DNA of 60,944 nucleotides, taken from the IMG/VR virus record IMGVR_UViG_3300043256_000236, positions 62,001 to 122,944 of that record; one strand, given 5' to 3'. The translations under genes were made by a program, and so were the position numbers. Positions 37,119 through 46,987 of the stretch are shown one piece after another; the first letter of the stretch is position 1, and the number at the start of each line of letters is the position of its first letter. A model generated the notes under the pieces. The model was not told where the DNA came from. It ran no database searches and saw only the letters and a list, made by a program, of their open reading frames with translations. This DNA comes from an uncultured virus (IMG/VR IMGVR_UViG_3300043256_000236). Its lineage: Duplodnaviria; Heunggongvirae; Uroviricota; Caudoviricetes.

Positions 37119-37420
37119 ATGTAGAAACTCCTAAAATATATCTCTAGAGCCGGAACACAATGGCAATACGATGGGGGAAATTCTAGAGTGTAACAAGCTG
37201 CACTAACAACCTGTGAATTGCTTAATAATAACGAACCCCTAATTGCTATGCGTCTCCGAAATCTATTCCATTTAGACAGGAGAGGCATATTCACTTTTGG
37301 CCAATGTTTATCAATGAATATCTTCCACCACAATACTTCAAATCTGAAAATAATTTCACCTATATCATGAGTCATCCAGTTCCTGTGCGATCCGTGATAG
37401 TTCCTGAACAATACCCTCAT
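37115..37420 (-). CDS. Doubtful hypothetical ORF, possibly a decayed gene
   Basis: Fills the gap and overlaps the next start, but composition is atypical. Confidence 0.25.
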   Translation of the reverse strand: MRVLFRNYHGSHRNWMTHDIGEIIFRFEVLWWKIFIDKHWPKVNMPLLSKWNRFRRRIAIRGSLLLSNSQVVSAACYTLEFPPSYCHCVPALEIYFRSFYI

Positions 37421-37490
37421 TGATATGGTTCCTGTTTATTCTGACGACTCCGTCTCTCGCGATTCAAGGCCATCAATTACACGAGGAACT

Positions 37491-37883
37491 TTAGTCGTTC
37501 TTCCCTCGGTTACCACAGTGTTCGTACCACGCCTTGACACGTGGAGTTACGTCGTCCAGGTCATCTCTACCACACTCCTGGAAGTGCATAATAGCATTAG
37601 CGTTAAACACAACCGCTGCTAAGTGATCTTCATCAGACTCACCACGCTCAAAGGATGCTATGTGCCGTTTCATACTAGCGAGAAACCGGCTATATGGCAT
37701 CCCCTTAGCCCAATTCCATTCATCATACTTTTTTGCGCCACTGCTGTAGTGTAATGCCGTTCGTTGTTCGGCGAGTGGAGGGATGAGGTCAAACCTTGGT
37801 TTTCCATCGTCTGTATCTCGAACAGCACCGCCATCAAACTTCTGTCGTTCACCAGAATCCTTAATATCAAACTGCTTAGCCAT
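37491..37883 (-). CDS. dATP/dGTP diphosphohydrolase-like protein (DUF5664-type)
   Basis: GAVRD...GKPRFDLIP..GAKKY..NW.KG..RH..EDHLAA..N. Confidence 0.75.
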   Translation of the reverse strand: MAKQFDIKDSGERQKFDGGAVRDTDDGKPRFDLIPPLAEQRTALHYSSGAKKYDEWNWAKGMPYSRFLASMKRHIASFERGESDEDHLAAVVFNANAIMHFQECGRDDLDDVTPRVKAWYEHCGNRGKND

Positions 37884-39042
37884 TTCCATTCTCCATTACA
37901 TAACCGTCAGAAAAAACCTCAGATCTAGATGTCTGTTGTAAAATAGGACCAATCTTACTCGCTATGTCACTTGGTAACATATCTCCAATATCACCTTCTG
38001 TATCGGGTGTCACACAAAATACCCTAAAATAGTGTTGGAAATCTTCCTTGATTCTATCCATTGCTGTCTGTCCGGCTTTATCGTTATCGAACGTACATAT
38101 AACAGTCAATGCTCCAGCATTTTGAAGCATCAAACGTTGTTGTTTAGATATACTTAATCCAAGCAATGCTACGCTGTTTCTAATACCAGCAGCCTCGTAA
38201 GCCCAGACATCCCCTGGCCCTTCACACAATATTGCTGTACCAGTTTTCCCTATGAATGGCTTCGCGTACCAAGAGTTATATAAACACAATCCCCCTCGCA
38301 ACCCCTTTGAGTGTTTCCATTTGGTATACACAGCACTGTATTCAGAATCTGGACACGATGTTCTATCCGGATGATGGTGCAAACCACAGTCATCACATTT
38401 ATTATATATACTTCTACCAGACCATCCTACAACATATCTGCCAGTAATATCTAATATGGGGAAAAATGCCCTTTTGTACATCTGTTTCCCTTTGATATTA
38501 CAAAAAGATATATGATACTTAGCTATTATCTCTGGTGATACACCTCTATTCGGATAATAAACCTGATCAGCCTGGAGCTTAGACACTACCGTTGACAATG
38601 GTAATCCATTATTTATCTTGGTGACGATGCTTTTTCTCTTGTGCAGTTTTATTACTTTAGATATCTCTATATCCTGGGCAGTTGTTTCGCTTGTTCCAAA
38701 CTGATCCAAACCAAGAGCTTGAGCTACGAATTTTACTGATTGATGAAACTCCCATTTCTTTCCTGTCTTGCGACTCATAGTCCCTCGCACTAGACCAAAA
38801 ATACTATTTGAAGGACCTGTCAACGGATCGCGGTGGCACCCCCTTGTTTTGCACTCAAAATGGTTAGATTGTAATGCCCAGAACAAGCCCCTGTCATTAT
38901 CACCATCATGAATAGGGCAAGCACTTTGAATATAGTCGTGCCGTTCAGTAAATTCTACACCCATAGCATCAAAGATTTCACAAACTCTTTCACAAGCCCT
39001 GGCTTGAATAAACTCTACTTGACTCGCATTGAATCTTTGCAC
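37876..39042 (-). CDS. dnaG: DNA primase
   Basis: CPIH..C Zn finger; FP..GWSGR; TOPRIM motifs EGPGD and FDNDKAG. Confidence 0.85.
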   Translation of the reverse strand: MQRFNASQVEFIQARACERVCEIFDAMGVEFTERHDYIQSACPIHDGDNDRGLFWALQSNHFECKTRGCHRDPLTGPSNSIFGLVRGTMSRKTGKKWEFHQSVKFVAQALGLDQFGTSETTAQDIEISKVIKLHKRKSIVTKINNGLPLSTVVSKLQADQVYYPNRGVSPEIIAKYHISFCNIKGKQMYKRAFFPILDITGRYVVGWSGRSIYNKCDDCGLHHHPDRTSCPDSEYSAVYTKWKHSKGLRGGLCLYNSWYAKPFIGKTGTAILCEGPGDVWAYEAAGIRNSVALLGLSISKQQRLMLQNAGALTVICTFDNDKAGQTAMDRIKEDFQHYFRVFCVTPDTEGDIGDMLPSDIASKIGPILQQTSRSEVFSDGYVMENGNG

Positions 39043-39044
39043 TG

Positions 39045-40484
39045 CTATGATTCCTTAGCTTTATTTTCTAAAGAAGACTTAACTACGGCAGAAAATGTTT
39101 GTCCTTCTATGAACTTGCCTACCTCAAGCTTCTCTACCACGTTTATATATTCACCACTTTCCATACCAGCTCCAAATCTAGTATCTGTTACCACCAACTT
39201 CTTTGTACCATTTATTGGGGGATCTTCGTTTAGTTCGGTTTGTGTTTTCTTTTTCAATATAGTAAAATTGGAACATAACCACGCAATCCTGTCAGAACCC
39301 GACACTACCTCTGACCCTTCTTTTTCTATCCCGTCTCTATTAAGTTGAACAGTAGCCAATACTGGTAGTTTGAATTTAACGGCAAAGTTGTGTAGTGCCG
39401 TCACAAGAAAACCAAGCAATTGATACTCCTGTAACCCCTTCTTCAAACCACCATCATCCATGAGTTTAAGATAATCATATATAATTAGACACGGTTTTGC
39501 TGCGCCGCTGTGTGTAAATCCAACCTTCTTTGATAACCATCTTCTTGCTATGGACATGATCGCATGCGGAGCTAAGCCCGCTACCGAAAAATGATCTATG
39601 GACAGACCTTCTATCTTATCTTGACAACTCCATAATGCTTCCTCTTCTTGCTTGTTGTGCTTAAAACTTCCAGTCTCTATGCGATTCAAATCTATGCCTG
39701 ACACTAAAGATGATAGGCGGTGCAACTGGATGTCGCTTGTTAACTCTGTGTCTAAATACAATACTGGAATTCCATGCTCTGCTATATTACATGCTACGTT
39801 GATGCAGAAAAAACTTTTTCCAATTTTAGTTCTAGCACCTACAACATTTACGGTAGCAGGTCTCAATCCTCCTCCGATTGCATTATCCCAAGCGGGAAAC
39901 CCTGTCGGCAAGCCTACTATGTCCTGTGGTGTCTCTGCCAGGGCTTTCATCACACTATCGAATTGTTGCCCAAGAGATACAACGGTAGCACCCTGATCCA
40001 TAATCTGTCCTGTGAATCCAAAGATAGGTTCCTCTATCTGTCCAATTATATCGTCGACATCTTCTGCCCCTGTGATTTTCTTTAGATTGTTCTGAACAGC
40101 AACCGCTGCCATATATCCTTGTCTTGCTATGGATAGCTTGTATACAGCTATCACTAATGATCTAATATTATCTTTAGATGATTCATTCTCTCCTATTATC
40201 GCCTCTAGGTATTCAGTGTGTTTCCCGTCATTTACGAAATTGTCGCAATTAAGAATTTTTGCTGCTGCTTGAATACTAGGAATATCAAAAGTCTTAGCAT
40301 CATCATGACTAACAAGATGGGAAAGTATTTTGAATAACTCTTGATTGATTGGCCAATAAAAATCCTTCACACCAATAAGGTCTTCAACTTCGAAAAAACA
40401 ATCGGTGCCATATGTGGTTATACCAGAAAGTATAGCACGCTCCATACCTGCATCTTGTAATATAGCATTTGATTTACTTTTCAT
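39045..40484 (-). CDS. dnaB: Replicative DNA helicase
   Basis: GLPTGF..D..IGGL, GARTKIGKS, DTE, IIYDYLKL, QLNR, SGSDRI. Confidence 0.92.
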   Translation of the reverse strand: MKSKSNAILQDAGMERAILSGITTYGTDCFFEVEDLIGVKDFYWPINQELFKILSHLVSHDDAKTFDIPSIQAAAKILNCDNFVNDGKHTEYLEAIIGENESSKDNIRSLVIAVYKLSIARQGYMAAVAVQNNLKKITGAEDVDDIIGQIEEPIFGFTGQIMDQGATVVSLGQQFDSVMKALAETPQDIVGLPTGFPAWDNAIGGGLRPATVNVVGARTKIGKSFFCINVACNIAEHGIPVLYLDTELTSDIQLHRLSSLVSGIDLNRIETGSFKHNKQEEEALWSCQDKIEGLSIDHFSVAGLAPHAIMSIARRWLSKKVGFTHSGAAKPCLIIYDYLKLMDDGGLKKGLQEYQLLGFLVTALHNFAVKFKLPVLATVQLNRDGIEKEGSEVVSGSDRIAWLCSNFTILKKKTQTELNEDPPINGTKKLVVTDTRFGAGMESGEYINVVEKLEVGKFIEGQTFSAVVKSSLENKAKES

Positions 40485-41056
40485 CAAACAAATCTACTCT
40501 TTGTACCCATTAGACATTTCTTACATTTTTGACCCATTTCTCCACCAGGTCTATTAGATTGGAACATACTATCACATTCACTACACTCAACATCATAGCT
40601 ATTTATTTGTGGTCGCTTTACTTGGATAGTTTTAGTTTTCTCAGCTAAAATCTTGTTCTTCTCTATCTCAATTGGATCTGGATTATTTGTAATAAAACGG
40701 ACTCCATCAGTTTGTTTCTGTACCGCAGTCTTCCTTCTTGAATCAATATCTGGAGGACTACCTTCTTCATCTTTATTTACTGATTTAGATTTTTTAGATG
40801 TCTTTTTTCTACTAACCTTTTTCTTTAAGGCTTTTGGTGGTTTTGTGGTTGGTGTTTGTTGCAGCTCAAGAACATTGGATAACATATCTGCAACCTGACG
40901 CAATGCAGCTTCCGCATCTTGAATTGTTAACTTAGCAATGAACGCTTTTGCCGAAGGTACACTTAAAGTTTCTCCGGTAAGTCGCTCATACCCCTCACAA
41001 ACTATATCCCAGTTTCCTGTGCGAATACCTTCTGCTATATACTCAATAGGACTCAT
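40484..41056 (-). CDS. Hypothetical protein with basic linker and C-terminal Zn ribbon
   Basis: CSEC..CKKC; translationally coupled to its neighbours. Confidence 0.55.
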   Translation of the reverse strand: MSPIEYIAEGIRTGNWDIVCEGYERLTGETLSVPSAKAFIAKLTIQDAEAALRQVADMLSNVLELQQTPTTKPPKALKKKVSRKKTSKKSKSVNKDEEGSPPDIDSRRKTAVQKQTDGVRFITNNPDPIEIEKNKILAEKTKTIQVKRPQINSYDVECSECDSMFQSNRPGGEMGQKCKKCLMGTKSRFV

Positions 41057-41469
41057 CAACAACTCCCCTCATTATATCTGGCTCTTACTAAACCATTAAT
41101 ACTCTGTCCAATTACTTCTATCCTACGTGCAAGGTAAACTATTCTATCAAGTCTTAGTTCAACCTCTTTAACTAACTTATTAAGCTTAGGACGATCATCA
41201 CCCAACAAACGGTTTACTACCTGTTTTGACCACCTAAGAAACGTTTGACATTCATTTGTTTTTTGCTGCAAAAATAAAGCATACTGAGCTAAAATAACTG
41301 TATCTTCAGACAGATCTACTGAAGATTGTTCTCTTAACAACTCTCTAGTAAACCCAAGAATCTTTTCAACTTCATCATTAGATGGCTGATGTTGTGGTAA
41401 CCCTAATGCTTTACACCACTTATCTAGCTCATCTGAATACAATGCTATTTCATTGGTCAAATCACTCAT
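41056..41469 (-). CDS. Hypothetical helical protein
   Basis: Coupled ORF with coiled-coil pattern, near recA and dnaB. Confidence 0.5.
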   Translation of the reverse strand: MSDLTNEIALYSDELDKWCKALGLPQHQPSNDEVEKILGFTRELLREQSSVDLSEDTVILAQYALFLQQKTNECQTFLRWSKQVVNRLLGDDRPKLNKLVKEVELRLDRIVYLARRIEVIGQSINGLVRARYNEGSC

Positions 41470-41821
41470 CATAAATTTCTAACATTTTAAACCCATTTAA
41501 TTCGCACCAATCTCGTTTCTTTTGATCCGTATCTTGTTGTTTGTGAAATTCTCTTTTCGTTTTGTGAAAATGTTTTACGTGTTCCGTGTGTTGTTTTCCA
41601 TTACATTCGATCACTAAATTAACTGATGGTATAAAAAAATCTATGATAAATCTCTCAACTGGTATGATCACCTCTTCAAAAATAATATCATGAGGGTATT
41701 TTTCGGCTAGTTGTTGACCTATCCTATATTGAAACAACGACTTACATTTTTCTTTTGATCTTCTTTTTTTATTACTTAATCGTATCCTTGTGGTTCCACC
41801 ATTGAGTAGTTTAACTTCCAT
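41462..41821 (-). CDS. DUF559/Vsr-like endonuclease
   Basis: IDFFIP..LVIECNGKQH..QQDTD..K..WC..NG. Confidence 0.7.
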   Translation of the reverse strand: MEVKLLNGGTTRIRLSNKKRRSKEKCKSLFQYRIGQQLAEKYPHDIIFEEVIIPVERFIIDFFIPSVNLVIECNGKQHTEHVKHFHKTKREFHKQQDTDQKKRDWCELNGFKMLEIYDE

Positions 41822-41822
41822 G

Positions 41823-42344
41823 TTATGGGTTAATTCCCATCATTATACAATGAATGTATTCAAGCTCGTCCGAGATAAGACCTTTATCCTTAGGTATCCA
41901 CCTAACTACTTCTATGTCTTGATTTTCCAACATATCCTTTACGACCTGATTGACATCTTCCAGTTTTGCATCAGTATATAATCCACTTTGTGATGTAGTA
42001 ATAGGTCCATACACTACTCGCTTAATACCCTTCTGAATAATATGAGCCCAACAGTGAGTACATGGAGGTCCACTCACATACAAAGTAGCATCTTCCAAAT
42101 CTCCAGTAGAATTTAGTATTGCATTTTCTTCTGAATGCAATATAGGAGGATATTTTTCTGGTCGCATCTGTGGCATCTTATCATCATTGACACCCCTAGG
42201 GTAACCGTTATATCCTTGGCCAACTATACATCCACGACTATTTATAATAACACAACCACATTGGGTACTTGTATCTGGACTTCGTGTCTTAGCCCAAATA
42301 GCTTGTACCATAAAATAGTCGTCCCAGCAAAGTCTAGTTCTCAC
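41823..42344 (-). CDS. dCMP deaminase
   Basis: WDDYFM..RSPD..GYNG.PRG..HSEENAI..PCTHC; GTG start after AAGGAGG. Confidence 0.9.
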   Translation of the reverse strand: MRTRLCWDDYFMVQAIWAKTRSPDTSTQCGCVIINSRGCIVGQGYNGYPRGVNDDKMPQMRPEKYPPILHSEENAILNSTGDLEDATLYVSGPPCTHCWAHIIQKGIKRVVYGPITTSQSGLYTDAKLEDVNQVVKDMLENQDIEVVRWIPKDKGLISDELEYIHCIMMGINP

Positions 42345-43395
42345 TATTATTGTCCTCCTTAGGTAGAACCACATCTCTAACTTCTTTTTCCAATAATTGT
42401 AATTTATCAGGGTTGTCTCTAAGAAAATTGGATAACCTTGCCAATCCCTGGAACTTCGGTGGATCACCATCATCTGCGAACATAGGTAATGAGTACCAAG
42501 ATCCAGCCTTCTCTATTAATCCAAGATTTTCCGCAGTAGTCACAATATCCCTTATAACATCAATACCAAAACCATATCTCAATGGTAATATGCACGGAAG
42601 AAGAGGTCTGCCAAGCGCAGATGACTGTACAGTAATATGCATGTCGTGACCGTCAGAAGTATTGGTTTCTGCGTTGCGTTCCCATTGTTGTGTCCACGTT
42701 ACCTTCAACCACACAGAACACGCATATTGTATAGCCACCCCGCCCTTCTCTACAAATTTTGGACCACGTGGTTCCCTACTGGTCATTAGCTGGGATATAA
42801 AAATCAGTATTACATTTTTTGAATCAACGATTTGTTGGGCACGTCTAAAGAATGCAGACAACAACTTGGCTGGTCCAGCCATGTCTCTACTAGAACCAAT
42901 GTCGTCCTCTTGTTCTGTCATGGTTGATAAAGCAGCAATGCTATCAATGACAACAACTGCCTTCTCTTGGGTCTTGGCGATCCGTTCTATAATGTTTAGG
43001 TAGTCTTCTGCTGTCAATGGCTTGTCTATATGATGAGGAATGACCTTGAGCTTAGCTGGATCTAGACCGTGGATAGTGGACAATAACGCAGGAGTACATC
43101 TTCGCTCTATATTTATATAGTAGGTTGGTCTGTTAAGTTCTTGTGCATTTCTGAGCAATTCTAAACATAATGTAGTTTTTCCAGACTTTGCTTTTCCGGT
43201 TATCAAACAAATCGTTCCATCAGGGATCCCACCGTTTAGGGCAATGTCTAGCGACAACGGGGTGTGAAGAATATCTCTGGTACATGGAGGCAAAGCCTTT
43301 TCTGCCGTGGCTATAATACCATGGCCATGTATTCTAATCAAAAACTCATCCAAGGATTCATCTGCAATCTTTGCTTTTGTTTTTGTCTTAGCCAT
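42334..43395 (-). CDS. recA: RecA/UvsX-like recombinase
   Basis: SLDIALNGGIP.G, GKAKSGKTT, IDSIAAL, FISQL, GG, IEKAGSWY. Confidence 0.9.
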   Translation of the reverse strand: MAKTKTKAKIADESLDEFLIRIHGHGIIATAEKALPPCTRDILHTPLSLDIALNGGIPDGTICLITGKAKSGKTTLCLELLRNAQELNRPTYYINIERRCTPALLSTIHGLDPAKLKVIPHHIDKPLTAEDYLNIIERIAKTQEKAVVVIDSIAALSTMTEQEDDIGSSRDMAGPAKLLSAFFRRAQQIVDSKNVILIFISQLMTSREPRGPKFVEKGGVAIQYACSVWLKVTWTQQWERNAETNTSDGHDMHITVQSSALGRPLLPCILPLRYGFGIDVIRDIVTTAENLGLIEKAGSWYSLPMFADDGDPPKFQGLARLSNFLRDNPDKLQLLEKEVRDVVLPKEDNNSEN

Positions 43396-43858
43396 TCTCT
43401 TCATCTCTTATCTTAGCAAGTGCAGTTTTTCTTCCTGTATCAACAAACGTAGCGTTCTTTTTGTTGTCTATTTCGGTGTGTTGCTGTCTTTTGGATAATT
43501 CTAAACGTTGTGCAGTCAAAGATTCTACACGGTTATTCGTCCACCGCACTATCGTTGCTATTGTCTTCTTGGCAACAAGCGCTTTTATATTGCGTTCTCG
43601 GATTATCTCTACCAAAGCTCTCCGTAATAGGGCGTCAGAAAGATTCAATTCTTTTCCTAGGTTGGTTACTCCTCTTATTTCTCTCCCATACTTAGGTCCC
43701 CAATATTTCTTATCAGACCAAAATCGTGGACCAATCTTTGGATTAACATTCATACACACCAATTCTATTATGTAGTCTCTGAATGTGACATATAATCCAG
43801 GCGTAGTAGGAGAAAGGTAAGGATGTTTTTCGCTTTTTGGTTGATGCCTTATTGCCAT
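43388..43858 (-). CDS. Hypothetical protein
   Basis: Coupled 156-aa ORF. Confidence 0.55.
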   Translation of the reverse strand: MAIRHQPKSEKHPYLSPTTPGLYVTFRDYIIELVCMNVNPKIGPRFWSDKKYWGPKYGREIRGVTNLGKELNLSDALLRRALVEIIRERNIKALVAKKTIATIVRWTNNRVESLTAQRLELSKRQQHTEIDNKKNATFVDTGRKTALAKIRDEENG

Positions 43859-44283
43859 TATGGATTCCTGATCAAAAAGAAACCTGCATCTGCCACTGTT
43901 CTTTCTTCTGTTTGTGCGTGGTCAAAACCTGGTTGTCGGTACCAAACTATATTGATCTTTTGTCCATCATAATATCCTATGCCGATGTAATTAAACTGGG
44001 CACCACCCCAAACAGCCATGTGTTTCTGCCCAAAAAAGTATCCCTTTTGGTTAGGCGGCATTGGTATGTCCACACCCTTTGGGCCTTGCAGACGAAGGTT
44101 TGATATGGATATGTCCTTATTTGCGCCAAGCCATTTAGCCAAACGAACCCATGCATGTCTTTCTTTAGGCCTATCGTCTTGTATCACGGTTCTCCCATCT
44201 GATAACGACACCACGAACCTATTAGTAGGAACAGCATCTGTTACTGCAAATGCCAGGATAGCGTCGTTTACTGTATTATACAT
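43858..44283 (-). CDS. Hypothetical protein
   Basis: Coupled 141-aa ORF. Confidence 0.55.
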   Translation of the reverse strand: MYNTVNDAILAFAVTDAVPTNRFVVSLSDGRTVIQDDRPKERHAWVRLAKWLGANKDISISNLRLQGPKGVDIPMPPNQKGYFFGQKHMAVWGGAQFNYIGIGYYDGQKINIVWYRQPGFDHAQTEERTVADAGFFLIRNP

Positions 44284-44638
44284 CTACAGATTCCCCCTTG
44301 TCTCCTTGTTGGGCATATGGAGAACGGCCTAACTGTTCGTCTGCCCTGCTAGACTCAGTCGCGTTCATAGCACAAACACCTTTGCCAGCATCCAATGCTT
44401 TTCTAGGATCTTCAGGTTTGATCCGTATGACACCGTCTCTAAGAGAGTTGGGTTTCTTTTCGCGATCCACATTATCATCACATATTTCAGCAACTATCAG
44501 ACCCTCTCCGTAAGAGTCGAATTTATCTGACACAGCCTTCAAAAACCTTTCCTTAGACTTAGTATGCTTGCGACCTAGGTTGACATTAGATTTCTGCAGA
44601 AACTCCATTAAATCTGTTTGAAACTCTTTAAAAGTCAT
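44276..44638 (-). CDS. Hypothetical protein
   Basis: Coupled 120-aa ORF. Confidence 0.55.
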   Translation of the reverse strand: MTFKEFQTDLMEFLQKSNVNLGRKHTKSKERFLKAVSDKFDSYGEGLIVAEICDDNVDREKKPNSLRDGVIRIKPEDPRKALDAGKGVCAMNATESSRADEQLGRSPYAQQGDKGESVDV

Positions 44639-44936
44639 TTCTGAATCTCCTTTGAGCGAGAGTGTATGGTACCTTATTTTTGCTTCTGAGAAAAACAGTG
44701 TAATCGCTGTAACACTCTTTACTACAAGACTTCAATCTCCAAAATAATCCGCCACGTTCTTTATCTTTTTTCTGCAAATTGTGATCAATATTGTATGGAC
44801 TGAATAGATCCATCTCGTTAGAAGCCAACACCATGTATCTGTCACCAATCCACTTAGCAAAAACAACAAATGTTGGCTCGACATCATGAACAACAGAATG
44901 AGGAGTACCATGTATATCTACTGCTATTAAGTTCAC
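44628..44936 (-). CDS. Hypothetical protein
   Basis: Coupled 102-aa ORF with GTGA overlap. Confidence 0.5.
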   Translation of the reverse strand: MNLIAVDIHGTPHSVVHDVEPTFVVFAKWIGDRYMVLASNEMDLFSPYNIDHNLQKKDKERGGLFWRLKSCSKECYSDYTVFLRSKNKVPYTLAQRRFRNDF

Positions 44937-45265
44937 TTATTTCTAGCCTCGAACAAAACATCGGTCTGTGGGGAATCTGTGTCTACGTCAATAGGTTCGA
45001 ACATCATATCGTCGTTCGGAGCACCTGGAAAAAACTGACCAGATATCTGCTCGACCAATGAATATCCACTACAAAAACCACACTTCACAGCTACACGCGT
45101 CAACACGTTAGCCTTATCCACACCCTGTGTTTTCACCAATTGAAGCACCAGCAATTCATGGTCACAATTCGAGCACTTAAAATTAACCTGACCCTGATCA
45201 GTCAAACCCTTTAATTTTTTTTCTGCAGAGTCAATCTTACCAGTTGTAATCTTTTGTTTATCCAT
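44933..45265 (-). CDS. Zn-ribbon hypothetical protein
   Basis: CSNC..CGFC; TGATG overlap. Confidence 0.55.
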   Translation of the reverse strand: MDKQKITTGKIDSAEKKLKGLTDQGQVNFKCSNCDHELLVLQLVKTQGVDKANVLTRVAVKCGFCSGYSLVEQISGQFFPGAPNDDMMFEPIDVDTDSPQTDVLFEARNK

Positions 45266-45570
45266 CAACCTACCTTACCTTCCTTTATATACTTATCAGG
45301 ATCTTTAAGTACATCCTTGTTAATCTTTCCATCTCTCCAGAATGGTTTTTCGCCTTTGAACTTTCCTTCGCCTAACTTATCTTTGTGTGTCTTGCGACCC
45401 TTACACGGATTCTCAGTACCTCTTATGATCACAGCCGCTCCAGGGCTGATCAACTTGACCAATCCCGGTTTACAACACTCGGGACAAGACAATAGAGGCT
45501 CCATGGACATACTATGAAATGCCTCGAACTCAAATCCACACAAACTGCACTCGTAATCATATGTAGGAAT
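45265..45570 (-). CDS. FmdB-family Zn-ribbon protein, apparently starting at ATT
   Basis: Reads (I)PTYDYECSLCG.EFE.FHSM....L..CPEC....L.KLIS; RBS AGGAGG 8 nt upstream of ATT at 45570. Confidence 0.75.
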   Translation of the reverse strand: MPTYDYECSLCGFEFEAFHSMSMEPLLSCPECCKPGLVKLISPGAAVIIRGTENPCKGRKTHKDKLGEGKFKGEKPFWRDGKINKDVLKDPDKYIKEGKVG

Positions 45571-45971
45571 TACTTATTCCTCCTACTACGTCGATTCATT
45601 CTATTATCTTTAAAAGCAACCCTAGCACCATCAGATCTAATTGATGTATCAACATTGATCGATTTGACAGAATCTTCCTGTATATTCTCTTCGCATTCTA
45701 ACGGATCCGTTTCTTTGCTCAAGTGATCAAAATGAGCAAAACCCCCAGAATTATAATGTGTTTTACCAGCTATTTTTTCCCAGTATCTTGTGAAGCGACG
45801 AGACTTTCTTTCTTCTGGAGATAGATCAATTGTAGTACAATCCGCAATTAAACCTTCCGCTAACTTAGTTCTTCGCTTTGCAGACTTTAACTTCCATCGC
45901 ATTACTGCCGATTTCCATCGCCTCATTGACCTACGAGCAAATCTACGAAAACGAAATACAATATTCTTCAT
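45570..45971 (-). CDS. Basic hypothetical protein
   Basis: RBS AAGGAG; first gene after the 45993 promoter. Confidence 0.55.
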   Translation of the reverse strand: MKNIVFRFRRFARRSMRRWKSAVMRWKLKSAKRRTKLAEGLIADCTTIDLSPEERKSRRFTRYWEKIAGKTHYNSGGFAHFDHLSKETDPLECEENIQEDSVKSINVDTSIRSDGARVAFKDNRMNRRSRRNK

Positions 45972-45992
45972 AACAATCTCCTTTACACCTAA

Positions 45993-46020
45993 TTATACCT
46001 AAAACTACGTCTTTTGTTCC
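45993..46020 (-). promoter_or_regulatory. ECF-like promoter GGAAC-N16-GGTATAA
   Basis: At a gene junction; same motif and spacing as the three other copies. Confidence 0.7.
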
Positions 46021-46529
46021 GCAAAAGTTCCCATTTTCTTTGCGAAATTTCCAAGATCTTTACGGTTTTTCTCTAAACGATCTATCTCCGGAACAGTGTC
46101 CGGAGCATGAACACACATTTTGAGATGTCGTTTAATTTCTTTAACGACTTCATCTCCAAAAGGCGAAGCCTCTCCCGCATTTTTAACAGCACGAGTTAAC
46201 AAACTCAACATACTGCCGCGTTTCATGAAAGCGCGTATCAATAGTAAACCAGCTCCAACGAAAATAATTGCCATAACACTAGTTCCGATAACAACCCATC
46301 CAGCACCACTGTAATTAATGGTTTCTGCTTGTACACTTTTCTTCCAAATAGATAGTTCTTCTGCAACTGTCTCAAGATTACCCATGTCCATACGGATTCC
46401 TTGTATATCTGCTTTAAAAGCTTCTGGGGCCATGCAGCCTGGCAAGACACAAAAAGATATGAGAATCATCAATATGACCATGAATGCACCATGTGTCCAT
46501 AGTATCATCGCTTTCGTTGTTTCTTGCAT
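46005..46529 (-). CDS. Membrane protein (two hydrophobic segments, possible lipobox LPGC)
   Basis: Hydrophobic N-terminus ending VLPGC; second TM segment mid-protein. Confidence 0.5.
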   Translation of the reverse strand: MQETTKAMILWTHGAFMVILMILISFCVLPGCMAPEAFKADIQGIRMDMGNLETVAEELSIWKKSVQAETINYSGAGWVVIGTSVMAIIFVGAGLLLIRAFMKRGSMLSLLTRAVKNAGEASPFGDEVVKEIKRHLKMCVHAPDTVPEIDRLEKNRKDLGNFAKKMGTFAEQKT

Positions 46530-46987
46530 CGCTTTACCTTTCCTTTTTCTTTTCTCCTTAGGAACACTTCATTGACAAGTGCATCTGCTCGTTTGTTTAG
46601 GTGGCGTGGTACCCACTTGATAGAATAATCCTCAAACTTACTCAACAACTCTAATACAAGATCTCTATGTTTGATTAGTTCTGGCTTTTTCGCCTTGTAC
46701 ACACCGATAACCTGTCGAACTATTAGTTGTGAGTCTCCAATAATATGAATTGTATCAACTCCAGCTTTTAAACTGCCCTGAAGCCCGGCGATTAGGGCTC
46801 GATATTCTGCAATATTGGACGTCCCTTCTCCACATGTCCTCTTGCCGGATGCTATGATTTTTGTACCCTCTGAAAGATAGTGTGGTGCTTCGGCAATAAT
46901 TGAGGGAAAAGGTTTGTCCACCAACAACCAACCATATGCCATGGTTCCTTGTCTAATGCCACCATCGAAGTACAGAGTAGCTTCCAT
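46505..46987 (-). CDS. rnhA: Ribonuclease HI
   Basis: LYFDGG, TSNIAEYRALI.GL, GDSQLIV.Q, WVPR..N.RAD.L. Confidence 0.9.
   Translation of the reverse strand: MEATLYFDGGIRQGTMAYGWLLVDKPFPSIIAEAPHYLSEGTKIIASGKRTCGEGTSNIAEYRALIAGLQGSLKAGVDTIHIIGDSQLIVRQVIGVYKAKKPELIKHRDLVLELLSKFEDYSIKWVPRHLNKRADALVNEVFLRRKEKGKVKRCKKQRKR

Noticed and set aside
41840..41870. TTGTATAAT upstream of the 41821 start
   Set aside because: It lies inside the dCMP deaminase coding end and matches neither promoter class fully
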